Below are positions 48,219 to 60,400 of a stretch of 64,000 nucleotides of DNA, piece by piece (the stretch's first letter is position 1; every line of letters starts with the position of its first letter). The DNA is from a virus. Made by a program: the position numbers and the translations under genes. The stretch covers positions 1-64,000 of IMG/VR virus record IMGVR_UViG_3300020057_000029; one strand, written 5' to 3'. Below the pieces are notes generated by a model. That model saw only the letters and a program-made list of their open reading frames with translations. It was not told where the DNA came from and did not search any database.

Positions 48219-50267
48219 ATGGCAGATATCGTAAAACTTCTAGAGCTTTCTTCTGGAATAGCTACTGGATTGGATATAACGGCAAACACTGGTGTTTGGC
48301 TGTCCATCAAGGTGGGCGGTGGAGTATCCAATACTGAACTAACCAAAACTATTTTGGACAGGCTTGTTTCCTTACAAGATGGAACTGATGTTGCTGCTGC
48401 TTATCACACTCACGATAGCAGGTACTTTACAGAAACCGAGCTTGGATCTGCAGTTGGTACTTCCGGCGCACAGCTAATTGGGGTCAAGGCCACTCCGGTC
48501 AATTACACACCTGGTTCTGCTGATGTTGAGGCCCACTTGGCAGGTATCGACAGCGCTTTAGCCTCTGCTGGCGGGAATGATTTTCTTGATTCTGTTTTTC
48601 GTATTTCGGACAATGCTGATCCTACTAAGAAAATTGCCTTTGAAAGTTCTGGTATTTCTACTTCTACGGTTCGTACAATTACGATGCCAGACGCAAACGT
48701 TGATCTTGGCAAGATAGCATCTGCTTTACAAAAAGACGGCTCTGTAACAGTTACTGCCGATCTGCCAATGGGCGGATTTAAGCTTACTGGAATGGCTGCC
48801 GGTTCTGCTGCTGGACACTCAGTTCGCTATGAACAATCGATTCTTGTTTCGGGCGCAAACGCTTTTACTGCTGCCCAGTCCATGGGTGGGTTTAATCTGA
48901 CCAGCGTGGCAGACCCCACAGCGCCTCAACATGCCGCTACAAAGGCTTACGTAGATGCTGTAGCCCAAGGTCTTCGTCCTAAACAGGCCGTGCGCGTTGC
49001 TTCTTTGGCAGATATAGCTCTTGCCAGTGCGCTAGAAAACGGCGATACTGTTGACGGTATCACTCTTGTCACAGGCGACCGCGTATTGGTTAAAAACCAA
49101 ACTCTGCCTGAAGAAAATGGTATTTATATTGTACAAGCTTCTGGCGCAGCTGTTCGTGCGCCAGACATGGACTCGCTTACGCCTATAGATGAGATTAACG
49201 GAGCCTACACCTTTATTCAATCTGGTACGCAAGCAGGTCAGGGCTGGGTTGAGCAAAGCAATGTAGCTGTTTTAGATACTGACCCAATGGTTTGGGTATA
49301 TTTCAATTCTGCTGCTGCTATTATCGGTGGCGATATGGTCACCGTAACTGGTCAGACCATTTCTCTCGATCTTGCCACTGCAAGCGGTCTTGAATCTAGT
49401 AACCCAAGCAACTCAGCTGGTCAGTTACGTATCAAACTTGAAGCTTCTAACCCAAGCTTAAAATTCTCTGGTTCTAATGAGCTTGGCCTCAAAATGGATG
49501 CAGCTGGAGCTCTTGCTTCAGGCGCTTCCGGCGCGGCTGTACAGGTTGATGGCTCAACGATTGAGATTAGCTCTAACGCCCTTCGCGTAAAAGACGCTGG
49601 TATCACCTTGGCCAAAATGGCTTCTAATTCTGTAGATGAGAATAAAATCGCAGCATCAGCTTTTAACGCAGCTGGCGCGATCACAGGTGGCGGCGCATCT
49701 AAGCTTGCTGTACAGGTTGATGGTTCTACCTTAGAAATTAGCGCAAACGCTCTTCGTCAAAAAGACGCTGGAACTACTGCTGCAAAACTCAATACAGACG
49801 TAGCAGACCAAACAACCATTGCTGGTGGTGCTGGTACTGCTCTTAACGTCCTTGCCGCTCCTTTGGTTTCAAGAACTCTAGTTGCCGGTGAAGCTTTTGC
49901 TGCAGATGTTTCCTTTTCAGTTCGATGGGCTTTAACTGGTGAAACTGCTGGAAGAGTATATAAAGCCGACAAAGACGCTTCGGCATCTGCTAAATACATG
50001 GGTATCGGTATCGGTCGTTCAGTAGCAGGCGTATCAGCTGGTGGAAATATTCAGGTGATCATGTTGGGAACCTCTGCTCTTGGTGCTAACGATTCTGCTT
50101 TTGCCGCTGGCGATGTAGGAAAAGAGTTATATGTAGGCACAACTGGAGCTTTCATCTTAGGCTCTGCCTTGGCTGATACTACAAATGAGGCCGCTTTCTG
50201 TATCGGAACGATTCAGTCAACATCTTCAATTTGGGTAGATTTCAAGCAGCTTAGAGGTATCAACTAA
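48219..50267 (+). CDS. Tail/head fibre protein
   Basis: AATKAYVD, DGITL..GDRVLVKNQ...ENGIY, repeated VQVDGST.EI. Confidence 0.8.
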   Translation: MADIVKLLELSSGIATGLDITANTGVWLSIKVGGGVSNTELTKTILDRLVSLQDGTDVAAAYHTHDSRYFTETELGSAVGTSGAQLIGVKATPVNYTPGSADVEAHLAGIDSALASAGGNDFLDSVFRISDNADPTKKIAFESSGISTSTVRTITMPDANVDLGKIASALQKDGSVTVTADLPMGGFKLTGMAAGSAAGHSVRYEQSILVSGANAFTAAQSMGGFNLTSVADPTAPQHAATKAYVDAVAQGLRPKQAVRVASLADIALASALENGDTVDGITLVTGDRVLVKNQTLPEENGIYIVQASGAAVRAPDMDSLTPIDEINGAYTFIQSGTQAGQGWVEQSNVAVLDTDPMVWVYFNSAAAIIGGDMVTVTGQTISLDLATASGLESSNPSNSAGQLRIKLEASNPSLKFSGSNELGLKMDAAGALASGASGAAVQVDGSTIEISSNALRVKDAGITLAKMASNSVDENKIAASAFNAAGAITGGGASKLAVQVDGSTLEISANALRQKDAGTTAAKLNTDVADQTTIAGGAGTALNVLAAPLVSRTLVAGEAFAADVSFSVRWALTGETAGRVYKADKDASASAKYMGIGIGRSVAGVSAGGNIQVIMLGTSALGANDSAFAAGDVGKELYVGTTGAFILGSALADTTNEAAFCIGTIQSTSSIWVDFKQLRGIN

Positions 50268-50309
50268 TCAATTGCAGGGAAAACCTCTGTAATATGATAA
50301 GTTACACGT

Positions 50310-50609
50310 ATGGCAAAAGTAACCCGCTTAATTAAAGGACAGCTTAAATCGGTCAGTGTTGACCAGGAAGTTTCCATTGTTGATGCTACGTCTTTTGTTG
50401 TCGTAAATTTTCCTGCTACGCTACAAACCGCAAACGCAAACCCTAGAGTTGTTGCCTGGATGGTAAACACTGTTGATTCTAATCCACAATTTCAAGACGT
50501 TTTGATCACGGTCAGGTCTGCTACTGCCTTTACGGCCACTTGGAACGCTCCAGTTGATAGTTCTAACTACAAACTGGCCTATATCGTACTTGACGGATTT
50601 ATCACTTAA
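50310..50609 (+). CDS. Small fibre-associated beta-domain protein
   Basis: NPQFQ...WNAP.DS.NY domain also present twice in the next gene. Confidence 0.65.
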   Translation: MAKVTRLIKGQLKSVSVDQEVSIVDATSFVVVNFPATLQTANANPRVVAWMVNTVDSNPQFQDVLITVRSATAFTATWNAPVDSSNYKLAYIVLDGFIT

Positions 50610-50618
50610 GGAACGTAG

Positions 50619-51671
50619 ATGCAAAGAAATCCTTTCGCAAACCAGACTATATCGAGAGACTTGCTCCAGCAAATCTTTCCGTACCTATCTGGCCAGCAGC
50701 TAGACACTCTGCTTAAGTCTATAGACAAGGACTTGCAGGCACCCTTACGCGTTGATGCAAGCTCTACGCCCGATCTTGTTGTTACCATTGGTCCTGCCAT
50801 TGTAAACAACACAATCTCTGGTCGTCAGAAATCTATTCCGCATATCCAAAACGCAATTCCAGCTTTTACGTCTGGTACGATTACTTTCCCTAGTCTAAAT
50901 GGCGGAAACATCACCGTTTCTCCTGGCTCAAACACAACTCTAACCTGCCCACCAAACGAATACATCAAAGTCCTCATTTCTCTGGATTCCTCTGGTGATT
51001 TGATTGTTACTCAAGGTGTTTCTGACTTAGCTGAGGCAAACGCAATTGTTCCAGCCCCTGTTGCCAACACCTTGCCTGTGGCTTATATCAGTCTTTTTAA
51101 TAATGCTGGTATAGTTCAGAGTGTTGTTCAGAACAAGATTTTCCAGTTCGGTGGCGGCGGTGGCGGTGGCTCAGGATCGATTCAGGCAGGTTTTGCTCAA
51201 GAAATCGCTATACCAGATGCTGTCCAAAGTGTTGCGGTCAACTTTCCAAGCGCTCTACCTGGCACTAATTATGTAATTCAGGCTCAGTTTGTCAACATCA
51301 CTGATATTAACCCTCAGTTTCAAGATATTATTATTACTAATAAAACTATCAATGGTTTCACTGCAAATTGGAATGCGCCTACAGATTCAGCAAACTATCT
51401 CTTATCGTACATTGTACCTGTTGTCCAGGAGCACACTGGCGAGAAAGAAATTCCAGATACTGCAGATACTTTAGTGATTTCACTACCTTATACGTATGCT
51501 GGAACAAACTATACAATTGTGGCTACTATGGTCAATATAATTGATCCTAATCCACAATTTCAGGCAGTAATCGTAACTGCCAAGACCAACCTAACCTTTA
51601 CAGTATCATGGAATAGTCCAGTGGATTCCGCGAATTATAGACTCGGATTTCACGTCGCTCAATTCCAGTAA
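50619..51671 (+). CDS. Fibre-associated protein with two C-terminal beta domains
   Basis: Gly linker followed by two NPQFQ domains. Confidence 0.7.
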   Translation: MQRNPFANQTISRDLLQQIFPYLSGQQLDTLLKSIDKDLQAPLRVDASSTPDLVVTIGPAIVNNTISGRQKSIPHIQNAIPAFTSGTITFPSLNGGNITVSPGSNTTLTCPPNEYIKVLISLDSSGDLIVTQGVSDLAEANAIVPAPVANTLPVAYISLFNNAGIVQSVVQNKIFQFGGGGGGGSGSIQAGFAQEIAIPDAVQSVAVNFPSALPGTNYVIQAQFVNITDINPQFQDIIITNKTINGFTANWNAPTDSANYLLSYIVPVVQEHTGEKEIPDTADTLVISLPYTYAGTNYTIVATMVNIIDPNPQFQAVIVTAKTNLTFTVSWNSPVDSANYRLGFHVAQFQ

Positions 51672-51719
51672 GATACGATATAGATACTATGGCGTTGGTG
51701 TGAAGAACACGGAGAGAAG

Positions 51720-54155
51720 ATGGCCTATAGGAAACAAGGTGCGTTAGTTGAAAGAGTGAACACCACTAATACAAGTGGCGCTACACTAACGCTTGTTGCG
51801 TCTTCTGCGTCATATCAGAGATTTACCGGCACCACTACTCACATTGTAGTTCTACCTGTCGGAACCACCATTCCTATTGGTGGCAAGTTCGCCGTCCTCA
51901 ACCGCTCCACTGGCATTGTTACTGTAAACTACAACGGTGGATCTCTAGCCGCCACTGTAAATGGTGACTCTCAGACTATCTTTCGCTGCACTGACAACTC
52001 AACCGCTGCTGGAGCTTGGGATGCTACGGTTGAGTCAAGTGGGGGTGGTTCTGTCACCCTTACTTCTCTTGAAAAACTTGGAGCATTATCAGCTCTTGCT
52101 GGTTCTTTTTACCAAGACTCTCAAACTGACGCGGTGACGTTGCAGATAAACCCCGAAGAAATCGGTGGAAATTTTTGGACTACGAAAACTCCTCTGTCTT
52201 CTGTCCGCAGATACACCGGGTCATTCACTCTGGGCGGCTTTATTTACTCCTTGGGTGGAGAGAATCCTGTTTCTACAAAAGTTACTACTGTTGAGCGTTA
52301 TAATGATGACTCTAATGCTGTTTTGGCAAGAACTGCTCTGACCACTGCCACGACTCAGGTTGGTGGATTTGCACTGACCCTTGGATATGCTTCTGGCGGA
52401 TTCCAAGCATCTCAAACCGCTGTCGTTCAAGCTTATGACGATGTGCTGGACTCATGGTCTGCAAAAGCCGCTCTACCAGCTACTAGAGCATCGTACACTC
52501 CAGCAGTGCTTGATGGGTATGGGATTTTATCTGGTGGAGACCTTTCTGGCTCTCCTACTGCCACATCTTTAATTTACGACTCTGTTGCTAATGTTTGGTA
52601 TTCAAGAGCTGATCGCCCCATCTCCAGAAGAGAAACTTTAGGCTTCGCTTCTCCAAATAAATATTATTCTATCGGCGGAGAAACTGCTGCTACGAATCTT
52701 GGTTACGCTTTTTCTTCTGTTTCCAATTCTTGGGTATCTATTGCAAATCATCCTGCCACAACTATTCAAAATGGCCCAGCTACGTTCGCCAGCGGAACCG
52801 GATACTCGATGGGTGGTCAAGGGCCAGCGTACAGCGCTGTAAACTACCGCTACAATGTAGACGCCAACTTGTGGAATACAATGTCTCCAAAACCCACTGG
52901 AGCGCATTCTAATTTAACCTCTGGTGCCTCACTTAATGGTGTAGCCTATGTGCTAGGCGGCGAGACCACCGGCGTAACCCTCATCTCCTCAATTGAGAGC
53001 TACACCCCTTTCTCCTTCTTAGCTGTCCCTCTCTCCAAGAAATCCACCTCCGCTCCAACTAGCATCTTTGTTGCCGCTGCGCTTAGTGGAGTAGTGACCA
53101 GTGTGCCAGTGAGAATCCGCACCGATGGTACAAATTGGAAGAACCTTACTGCCAACGCAGATTCAGTTTTAAAGCAGGGCGAGACTTTTGCTAAGTTTGC
53201 CGCGAATGGAAGTGGATATTACAACTACGAACTCCAGATCGGCTTGCCCACTTACTTGGCCGCTACTGGTGGTGGTCAGTGGGTAACTAAAGCAAATTTA
53301 TCTTTTGTGTCTCAACACAGTTGTTCATTTACTGTTGGGACACAAGTCTATGGGGCCTACGGGCTTGATGTTGGTGGGCGTCACAAGAAGACTCAAAGAT
53401 TTGATACTTTGCTAAATGCTTCAGTACGAGAGACTGACGGAAACCTAAGTGAAGCGTATACTGGTGGGCTAACCTCCTCGTCCACTCTTTACGGCAGAGG
53501 ATTCACTAATGGCCACAATGGTGCTGTTTTGCTTGACGGCGGTACTATGCTCTACGATACCATTCTCAAAGCGTGGACTACGGTGGCTACTGGTGGTGGC
53601 TCCGGGCAATTAAACGGAAACTTGGTGCTTAATGGTTTTGCGTATTCTGCTTCTGGTGGTCCAACAGTCCCGGCACATCAATTATCTACATATCGCTACA
53701 CCCTTTCCACGAATTCATGGAGTTCGAACATAGCCACGCTGAACAACATTCACTACGGCGGAATGATGTCGGCTCTTAATGGATTTGGTTACATGGTTGG
53801 TGGGACCAGTACAATAAACGAGAGGTTTAATGACGCTTCTGGAAGTTGGCTTACCATGGCCGCCACGGCAGCGAACGTGGAATCAGCTAGCAGTTTTGTA
53901 ATAGAAGATGGTTGGCATATTGCAGCTCCGTACAGCGGGGGTAATTCTACTATTCATTATCTCTTTAAGGACGGAATAAATGCGTGGATTAGTAAGACTG
54001 CATATCCAATATCAGCCTACGGGCCTGTTGGTGGGTCAGTAGGTAATAGCGGATATTCCATGGGGGGCAACAATGGAGCTTATCTCTCCAACGTGTACCA
54101 GTGGGCTTCAGCAATTCAAAACGTAGTCTTGGGCGCAGCCTTGAGGATTAGCTAA
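51720..54155 (+). CDS. Kelch-repeat receptor-binding-like protein (2 propeller regions)
   Basis: Y..GG...Y.....W repeats. Confidence 0.8.
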   Translation: MAYRKQGALVERVNTTNTSGATLTLVASSASYQRFTGTTTHIVVLPVGTTIPIGGKFAVLNRSTGIVTVNYNGGSLAATVNGDSQTIFRCTDNSTAAGAWDATVESSGGGSVTLTSLEKLGALSALAGSFYQDSQTDAVTLQINPEEIGGNFWTTKTPLSSVRRYTGSFTLGGFIYSLGGENPVSTKVTTVERYNDDSNAVLARTALTTATTQVGGFALTLGYASGGFQASQTAVVQAYDDVLDSWSAKAALPATRASYTPAVLDGYGILSGGDLSGSPTATSLIYDSVANVWYSRADRPISRRETLGFASPNKYYSIGGETAATNLGYAFSSVSNSWVSIANHPATTIQNGPATFASGTGYSMGGQGPAYSAVNYRYNVDANLWNTMSPKPTGAHSNLTSGASLNGVAYVLGGETTGVTLISSIESYTPFSFLAVPLSKKSTSAPTSIFVAAALSGVVTSVPVRIRTDGTNWKNLTANADSVLKQGETFAKFAANGSGYYNYELQIGLPTYLAATGGGQWVTKANLSFVSQHSCSFTVGTQVYGAYGLDVGGRHKKTQRFDTLLNASVRETDGNLSEAYTGGLTSSSTLYGRGFTNGHNGAVLLDGGTMLYDTILKAWTTVATGGGSGQLNGNLVLNGFAYSASGGPTVPAHQLSTYRYTLSTNSWSSNIATLNNIHYGGMMSALNGFGYMVGGTSTINERFNDASGSWLTMAATAANVESASSFVIEDGWHIAAPYSGGNSTIHYLFKDGINAWISKTAYPISAYGPVGGSVGNSGYSMGGNNGAYLSNVYQWASAIQNVVLGAALRIS

Positions 54156-57100
54156 TGAGCACTTATTATAAACTTGGAAGTTTGGTCGAGGGATTAACCT
54201 CCACCGCCACGGCGGCGGGGACCACAACGCTCACGGCCTCAAGCAGACCCATTCAGCAGTTCACCGGAACTACCACGCAGACTGTGGTGCTTCCTGATGC
54301 TACTACTTTAAGCATCGGCAGACGTTTCGATATCAACAATCGCTCCACCGGAGCAATCACCGTCAATGCTAATGGTGGGGGAGCCGTTGGGGTTGTAGCC
54401 GCCGGAACCCAGCGATATTTCTTGGTGAGCGACATTTCTTTAGCTGCCGGTGTGTGGCGCGTTGGTGGCGTAACTGGCTCTGGTGGTGGTGGTGTAACGG
54501 ATGCCGATAAGCTGAAACTGCTCCAAGGCATGGCTGGGCTAAATCTCCAGACCGACAACATCGTGGCGAAGGTTATCAAGACTAATCCCGAAGAGGTGGG
54601 TGGAAATTTTTGGATTACCAAGAGTCCTGGCACTCCTATCGGGTATGGTGGTTTTTTCTCAGCTAGTGGTTTTTATTACCAATCAACGGGACTTAATTCG
54701 GCCTCTGTTGAAACTGGAATCACCAGTAGATATTCTGATGATGATAATTACTGGCTGGCCAGGACTTCTGCTCCATCAGCAAGGTACGGCGCTATATGTT
54801 TTTCGCTGACCGATAATTATGTTGTGGGTGGAAATAACGTAAATCCCGTTACATCCAATCAATCATTTAATGTTTTAACAAATGCCTGGACTTCTAATTT
54901 GGCGCTTCCTGTGGCCACAGATTTCGGCGGCGGATTTGCCTTGAATGGTTATGGATTCATAGTTGGCGGAAGAACCACGAACTCTCTCATTGGCGTAAAC
55001 GCAGTTTATCAATACGATTCCGTTTTGAATAGCTGGACGCTGCGCTCGCCAACTTTAGCTACGGCTTCGCAAAGAAGCTATACTCAAACAGCTGACTTGG
55101 GTGGGTTTGGTTATTCTGTTGGAGGTTCTGACGCTGGGAACACGACCAACACCTCCATCGTGAACGTATACGACATAGCCACGAATTCTTGGTCAACGGC
55201 TCCAAGTATGATCACCACTCGCTCTTTCTTTGGAATTAGTAATAATGTGGTTGGCTCTATCATGGCTTTTGCTGGCTCTGTCCCTAGCAATAGCAATCTG
55301 TCTGAGCAGTTTTTTGATACTACGAAAACCTGGAAGGCCACCGCAACGCTTGGCACTGCAAAGAACTCCGTGGCAGGTGGATCTTTGAATGGCTCAGCCA
55401 TGTGTGTCGGCTCCTCAGTCTTTGCGGCCGTTGTTGAGTCTTTCATTCCCGCATCGTTCTTCAACCTTGGCTCCGTAAAAGTCTCCACTACTGCTCCGAC
55501 CAGCATCCTCGCTGCGGTATTGATGAGCGACTTGGCTTATTCCGTTCCCGTTCAGATTCGTACTGATGGCGACAGTTGGAAGACCTTTACGTCTGGTGGA
55601 AGCGTACTAAAGACTGGCGAAACACTATCTGCAAAATTCCAGCATTCTCCGGCTTCTGGAATGGTAGTTGGCGGCGCATCCACCACGTCTGAATCTTACG
55701 GAAAAAGCCAGAACGCATGGACCACTAGAGCCTCAATCCCCGCCAATCGTGGCCAATACTACGGGTTTTCTCTTAACGACAGACTTTATATAGTGGGTGG
55801 AACTGGCGGTGTGAGTTCCGGTCTCAGGTTTGACGAAATCAAAAATACATTTACTACCCTGTCTTCTTCTCTGTTGTCCGGTAAAATGAATGGAGCTGGC
55901 GCTCTCCTCAACGGCTTCGGGTATGTCACTGGTGGCGCTGCCACCAGCACAACTACGGGATTTACTGCACACGATCGCTATAATGACACCCTAGATTCCT
56001 GGTTGGCCAGAACCGGACTTACTGCGGGCAAAACGTATGTAGGCGGGACTGCTGCTGAAGGTAGAATTTTTGTTTACACTGGCTATTCGACTGGGACAAG
56101 AACCAGCAGCGGAGAAGGATACTCCGATTCTACCGACAGCTGGAGCGCAATTGCAGCTTACGGGCTTGGTATTATTGCTGAAATGCCCACCATGTCTATC
56201 GGCGGCTATGCCTATGGTTGTGGGGGGTATAACGGCTCTAACGTGTCCAGCGTATACCGCTACACACCGTCAACCAATATTTGGGCCGCGAGGACCAACC
56301 TAAATACGGCTAAATATTCCGCTGTAACATTCGTTCTCGAAGGCTTTGGGTATGTGGCAAACGGCTTCGTCGCCGGAAATTCAAACGCACTCGAAGAGCA
56401 CAACCCAGACGCCAATACCTGGACAAATAGACAAACCTCCACGTTCTCCAAGTCAGAGCTTTCTTATTCGCAAACACATACCACCCCCTACCGTAACTAC
56501 GAAATGCGCGTTGGCATCCCAGCGTTCTATGCTGGAGTGGGCGGTGGAGTGTGGGTAACGAAAACGACGAACCCATCGAACAATACTTTTAGCGCAGCCG
56601 GAACTTCTGGTTCAACGGTGTTCCTGAGCTGTTCCGCTTCTTCGGCCTCGTATGCTTATGACTACCTCTCAGATTCCTATGTGAGAATCCAGGACTACCC
56701 ACAATCCCCGCAAGGGCAGCAGAACTGCTCTATATCCACAACGGTGGGGGATATTATTTACTCCACTGGCGGACCTACAGCGTCGGCGGCTCCAGTATTC
56801 GCACTGTCTCCCTACACTCGCGTGTACACCACGCTTGCGAATATGCCGGTGTACACCAACTCCGGATGCTTTTCTGCCCTCAATGGAATGATGTACTATA
56901 TCGGCGGAAACCCTGGAGGACTGGGAGCTTCGACCCGTACACAGAAATATAACCCAACAACGAATGCGTGGACAGATCATGGCAACCTCTTGCCATCGTC
57001 TGGCGTCTACAATATTGGTGGTGCCTATAATGGATTCATTTACGTCACTGGCGGGAACAATTCCACCAACAACTACCAGTTCAATGACGCATCCGTGGCT

Positions 57101-57406
57101 TTCACATCTAAGACTGGCCCCACCGCTTCTGTAGCTCTTGGACTTGCCGCCGTTGTAAACGGAGAATACTTCACGTCAATGGGCTTCGGACCACTTACCG
57201 CTGCGTCACAATCCTACCGGGATTCTGCAAACGTGTGGGCCACTAAAACTTCTGCGCCGAGTGCTTTCCAAGACACCCAAGGTGGGACGGTCGGTGATAC
57301 CGCATTCTTCTCCGGTGGATACAATGCCGGTGGCTTCGGAACTAGCCACGCCTATGTCTCTTCAATCAAGCAAGCAGTGCTCGGCATCGCTTTAGAGGTG
57401 AAATAA
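54155..57406 (+). CDS. Kelch-repeat receptor-binding-like protein (3 propeller regions)
   Basis: Kelch repeats; scaffold shared with paralogs. Confidence 0.8.
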   Translation: MSTYYKLGSLVEGLTSTATAAGTTTLTASSRPIQQFTGTTTQTVVLPDATTLSIGRRFDINNRSTGAITVNANGGGAVGVVAAGTQRYFLVSDISLAAGVWRVGGVTGSGGGGVTDADKLKLLQGMAGLNLQTDNIVAKVIKTNPEEVGGNFWITKSPGTPIGYGGFFSASGFYYQSTGLNSASVETGITSRYSDDDNYWLARTSAPSARYGAICFSLTDNYVVGGNNVNPVTSNQSFNVLTNAWTSNLALPVATDFGGGFALNGYGFIVGGRTTNSLIGVNAVYQYDSVLNSWTLRSPTLATASQRSYTQTADLGGFGYSVGGSDAGNTTNTSIVNVYDIATNSWSTAPSMITTRSFFGISNNVVGSIMAFAGSVPSNSNLSEQFFDTTKTWKATATLGTAKNSVAGGSLNGSAMCVGSSVFAAVVESFIPASFFNLGSVKVSTTAPTSILAAVLMSDLAYSVPVQIRTDGDSWKTFTSGGSVLKTGETLSAKFQHSPASGMVVGGASTTSESYGKSQNAWTTRASIPANRGQYYGFSLNDRLYIVGGTGGVSSGLRFDEIKNTFTTLSSSLLSGKMNGAGALLNGFGYVTGGAATSTTTGFTAHDRYNDTLDSWLARTGLTAGKTYVGGTAAEGRIFVYTGYSTGTRTSSGEGYSDSTDSWSAIAAYGLGIIAEMPTMSIGGYAYGCGGYNGSNVSSVYRYTPSTNIWAARTNLNTAKYSAVTFVLEGFGYVANGFVAGNSNALEEHNPDANTWTNRQTSTFSKSELSYSQTHTTPYRNYEMRVGIPAFYAGVGGGVWVTKTTNPSNNTFSAAGTSGSTVFLSCSASSASYAYDYLSDSYVRIQDYPQSPQGQQNCSISTTVGDIIYSTGGPTASAAPVFALSPYTRVYTTLANMPVYTNSGCFSALNGMMYYIGGNPGGLGASTRTQKYNPTTNAWTDHGNLLPSSGVYNIGGAYNGFIYVTGGNNSTNNYQFNDASVAFTSKTGPTASVALGLAAVVNGEYFTSMGFGPLTAASQSYRDSANVWATKTSAPSAFQDTQGGTVGDTAFFSGGYNAGGFGTSHAYVSSIKQAVLGIALEVK

Positions 57407-57407
57407 T

Positions 57408-60400
57408 ATGTTTTTCAAGCAAGGCGCACTAGTAGAGCGGAGTTTGGTAACTGCCACCAGCGCAGGGACTTTGACTCTGATCAACACCTCTGAGACATAC
57501 CAAATCTTCACAGGGTCAACCACGCACACACTGAAGCTGCCAGACTCCACGACGATGCCTAATGGTCGACGCTTCGAGGTAGTCAACGCTTCCACTGGTG
57601 ATATTACTGTTCAAGATTCAACGGCGGCTGTGATCGGCACCTTGACCACTGGGATTTCTAAAATCTTTCGCCTTGCTGACAACTCCACTGCTGCTGGTAC
57701 GTTTGATATTACTGCGGCATCTTCTGGTGGTGCTGCTGCATTGTCCACTCAGGAAAGTAGTCAGTTTAATGCTCTCACAGCGAAAGGTTTCAGCCCAACT
57801 TCGGTAGTTTTGAAATACAACCCCGAAGAAATCGGTGGAAATTTTTGGACTACGAAGGCTCCTGTTTCCGTTGCCAAGGCGTGGCCCTCCAACTTTACTT
57901 TGAATGGATTTGTTTACAACGCTTTTGGTATAACAAATGCCCCCACCAACGCGACAACCAACGAGCGGTACGACACAGACTTAAACTATTTCTTAAGTAG
58001 AGCCTCCGGAATCACTGCCTGTAATACCAGGGCTCCATTCGTTCTTTCTGGGATTGCGTATGTGGTCAACGGTGACCCCAGCATCAACGCCGTTGAAAGA
58101 TACGATGACGTTCTCAATTCGTGGTCTGCTCGCACAGCGATTGGAACCGCCTTTTATGGTGCCGCGTCCTGGTCTCTTGGTTCTCTAGGCTACATTGCCG
58201 GTGGCCAAGGAAGCGGGACCACGACTTCCGCTTATGAAGCGGTGGCGAACGTATGGTCTGCCAGGGCTGCTGTCCCAGTTTCTACCACCAGGGTTTGCCA
58301 AGGCGGGTCAGAACACAATGGCTTTGGTCATATTGTCAGTGGGACTTCTGTAACCACGGTTCGCAGATACGACCCAGCATTAAATTCGTACTCTTCCTTG
58401 GCTTCCTCTACCGTTGGCCACGCCCACGGTGGAGTGGCGTCTGTGAGTGGGGTCCTTTTGGCCTCTGGTGGGGAAAATACGAGTAGCGTACATATCACCA
58501 CTGTCGAAAAATTTTATGATGGTGCTGGCGCATGGGTCACTGTTGCTCCTATTTCTCAGGCGAGAAATGGGTGTGGCGCTGTTTCCGGTGGCCTATTTAT
58601 GTCCATCAGTGGTGGTGTTGGGACTGGCGTAGCATACACGCCGGTCGAGGCATACACTTCTAATTCATTATTTACGACCGCTATCTCTTTACGATCAACC
58701 ACTACCCCTACTGCAATTTCCGCTTCAGTGATCATGAATGGCCTTACGCAGTCCGTTCCTGTTCAGATTCGTACTGATGGAGACAACTGGAAGACTATAA
58801 TGTCGAACGGTGGCAGTGCGCTGAAGACTGGTGAGACCCTCACTGCTAAGTTCCAGCACTCTCCCTCAGCGGGACTTGTTGGTGGAGCAAATGGGCTTTC
58901 CTCAAACGAATCTTTTAATGATATACAGAATTTATGGACACTTAGAACATCCTTGTCTGCTGTAAAAACTGGTGGGGCTGGCTTCACTATTGATGGCACC
59001 TCTTACATCGCTGCTGGTGAGAATGGCGCAGCAGATGCATTCACCAACGAACAATACAAGGACCTAGAGAATACCATCACCGCTAGAACTGCAATTCCAA
59101 ATACCACTGCTCTCGGTGCCAGTTTTGGCCTCAATGGATTTGGATATGCTGTGTGTGGTCGTATTAGGTCAACTCTGGCAGTCCAAACATTAAATCAGCA
59201 GTTCAACCCAGCAGCGAACTCATGGACGAATAGAGCCGCTGCCACAACGTCTTCCAGAGTATTTTTGCCAGGCACCGATCTTCAAGGATTTGGATTTATT
59301 TTCAGCGGCTACACCAATGCTACTGGTGGAGGTGGCTCAGTTATTACCTCTTCTGAAAGATATAGTGATACCACCAATGCGTGGAATACAATCTCATCAG
59401 TTGGCAGAGAGAACCACACTGCGTTTGCTCTAAACGGATTCGCATATTTCACACAAGGCGATAGCGCTCCAACTGGCGAAAATAACACTTATAAATATGA
59501 CCCAACCGCTAGCTCTTTTAGCTTAATGTCCGGTGGTCTGAACACAGCGCGTCCTAGTAGCCCTGGTTCATTTAGATTAAACGGGTACGCCTATATAACG
59601 GGTGGTTCAGGTAATACTTCCGAGAGATTCAATGTTGAGGCGAACACCTACACAAACATGGCCAACATGAACTCCTCCAGGCAGCAAATGGCCTCTCCTA
59701 ATAATGGTCCAGGTGCTTACCGTAACTACGAAATGCGCGTCGGCATTCCTGCCTACTACGCTGGAGTGGGCAATTGGGTAACGGTAACTAGAATCGCAGT
59801 CCCCGTTTCTGCTTATGGATTTGGCTTTGTACTAAGTGACCGGTCTTACCAACCTGTAGGCAATAACAACCTTTGGTATGAGCAAAACACCACTCTTAAT
59901 TCATGGGCAGCTATCGCCAACAGCACTTATTCTGCTCAGTTCAAGGCGACTTTTTCTCTGCTTGGCTTCGGATACGCAGCCGGTGGCAACACTGGACTGA
60001 CCTCGACAAGTCAATACAACCCATCGTCTGCGGTGTGGGCTTCTACTGGAACACTAAATAATTCTGTTGGATACGCGGCAGGAGCCACGCTAAACGGCTC
60101 AGGGTATTTGCTCGGTGGCCATAATGGTGGGTTGACTACCTTCATTCAGAAGTACAATCCATCATTGGGAACGTGGGCATCTGCGGGCAGCTTGAACAGC
60201 GCAAAATACAGTCTCGATGGTGATTCTTGTGCCGGGTTTATATACCTGGGTGGCAATTCAAGCTTGGCTTTTGAGCGATACAATGACGTGACCCAAACAA
60301 CCACCTTAATGGCCACTGTATTGGTGGCTGACGACACAGATGGAATGGCTGGGTGTAAGGGCGATAAGTTTTACTACTTGGGTGGGTCGGCTGGGTCACC

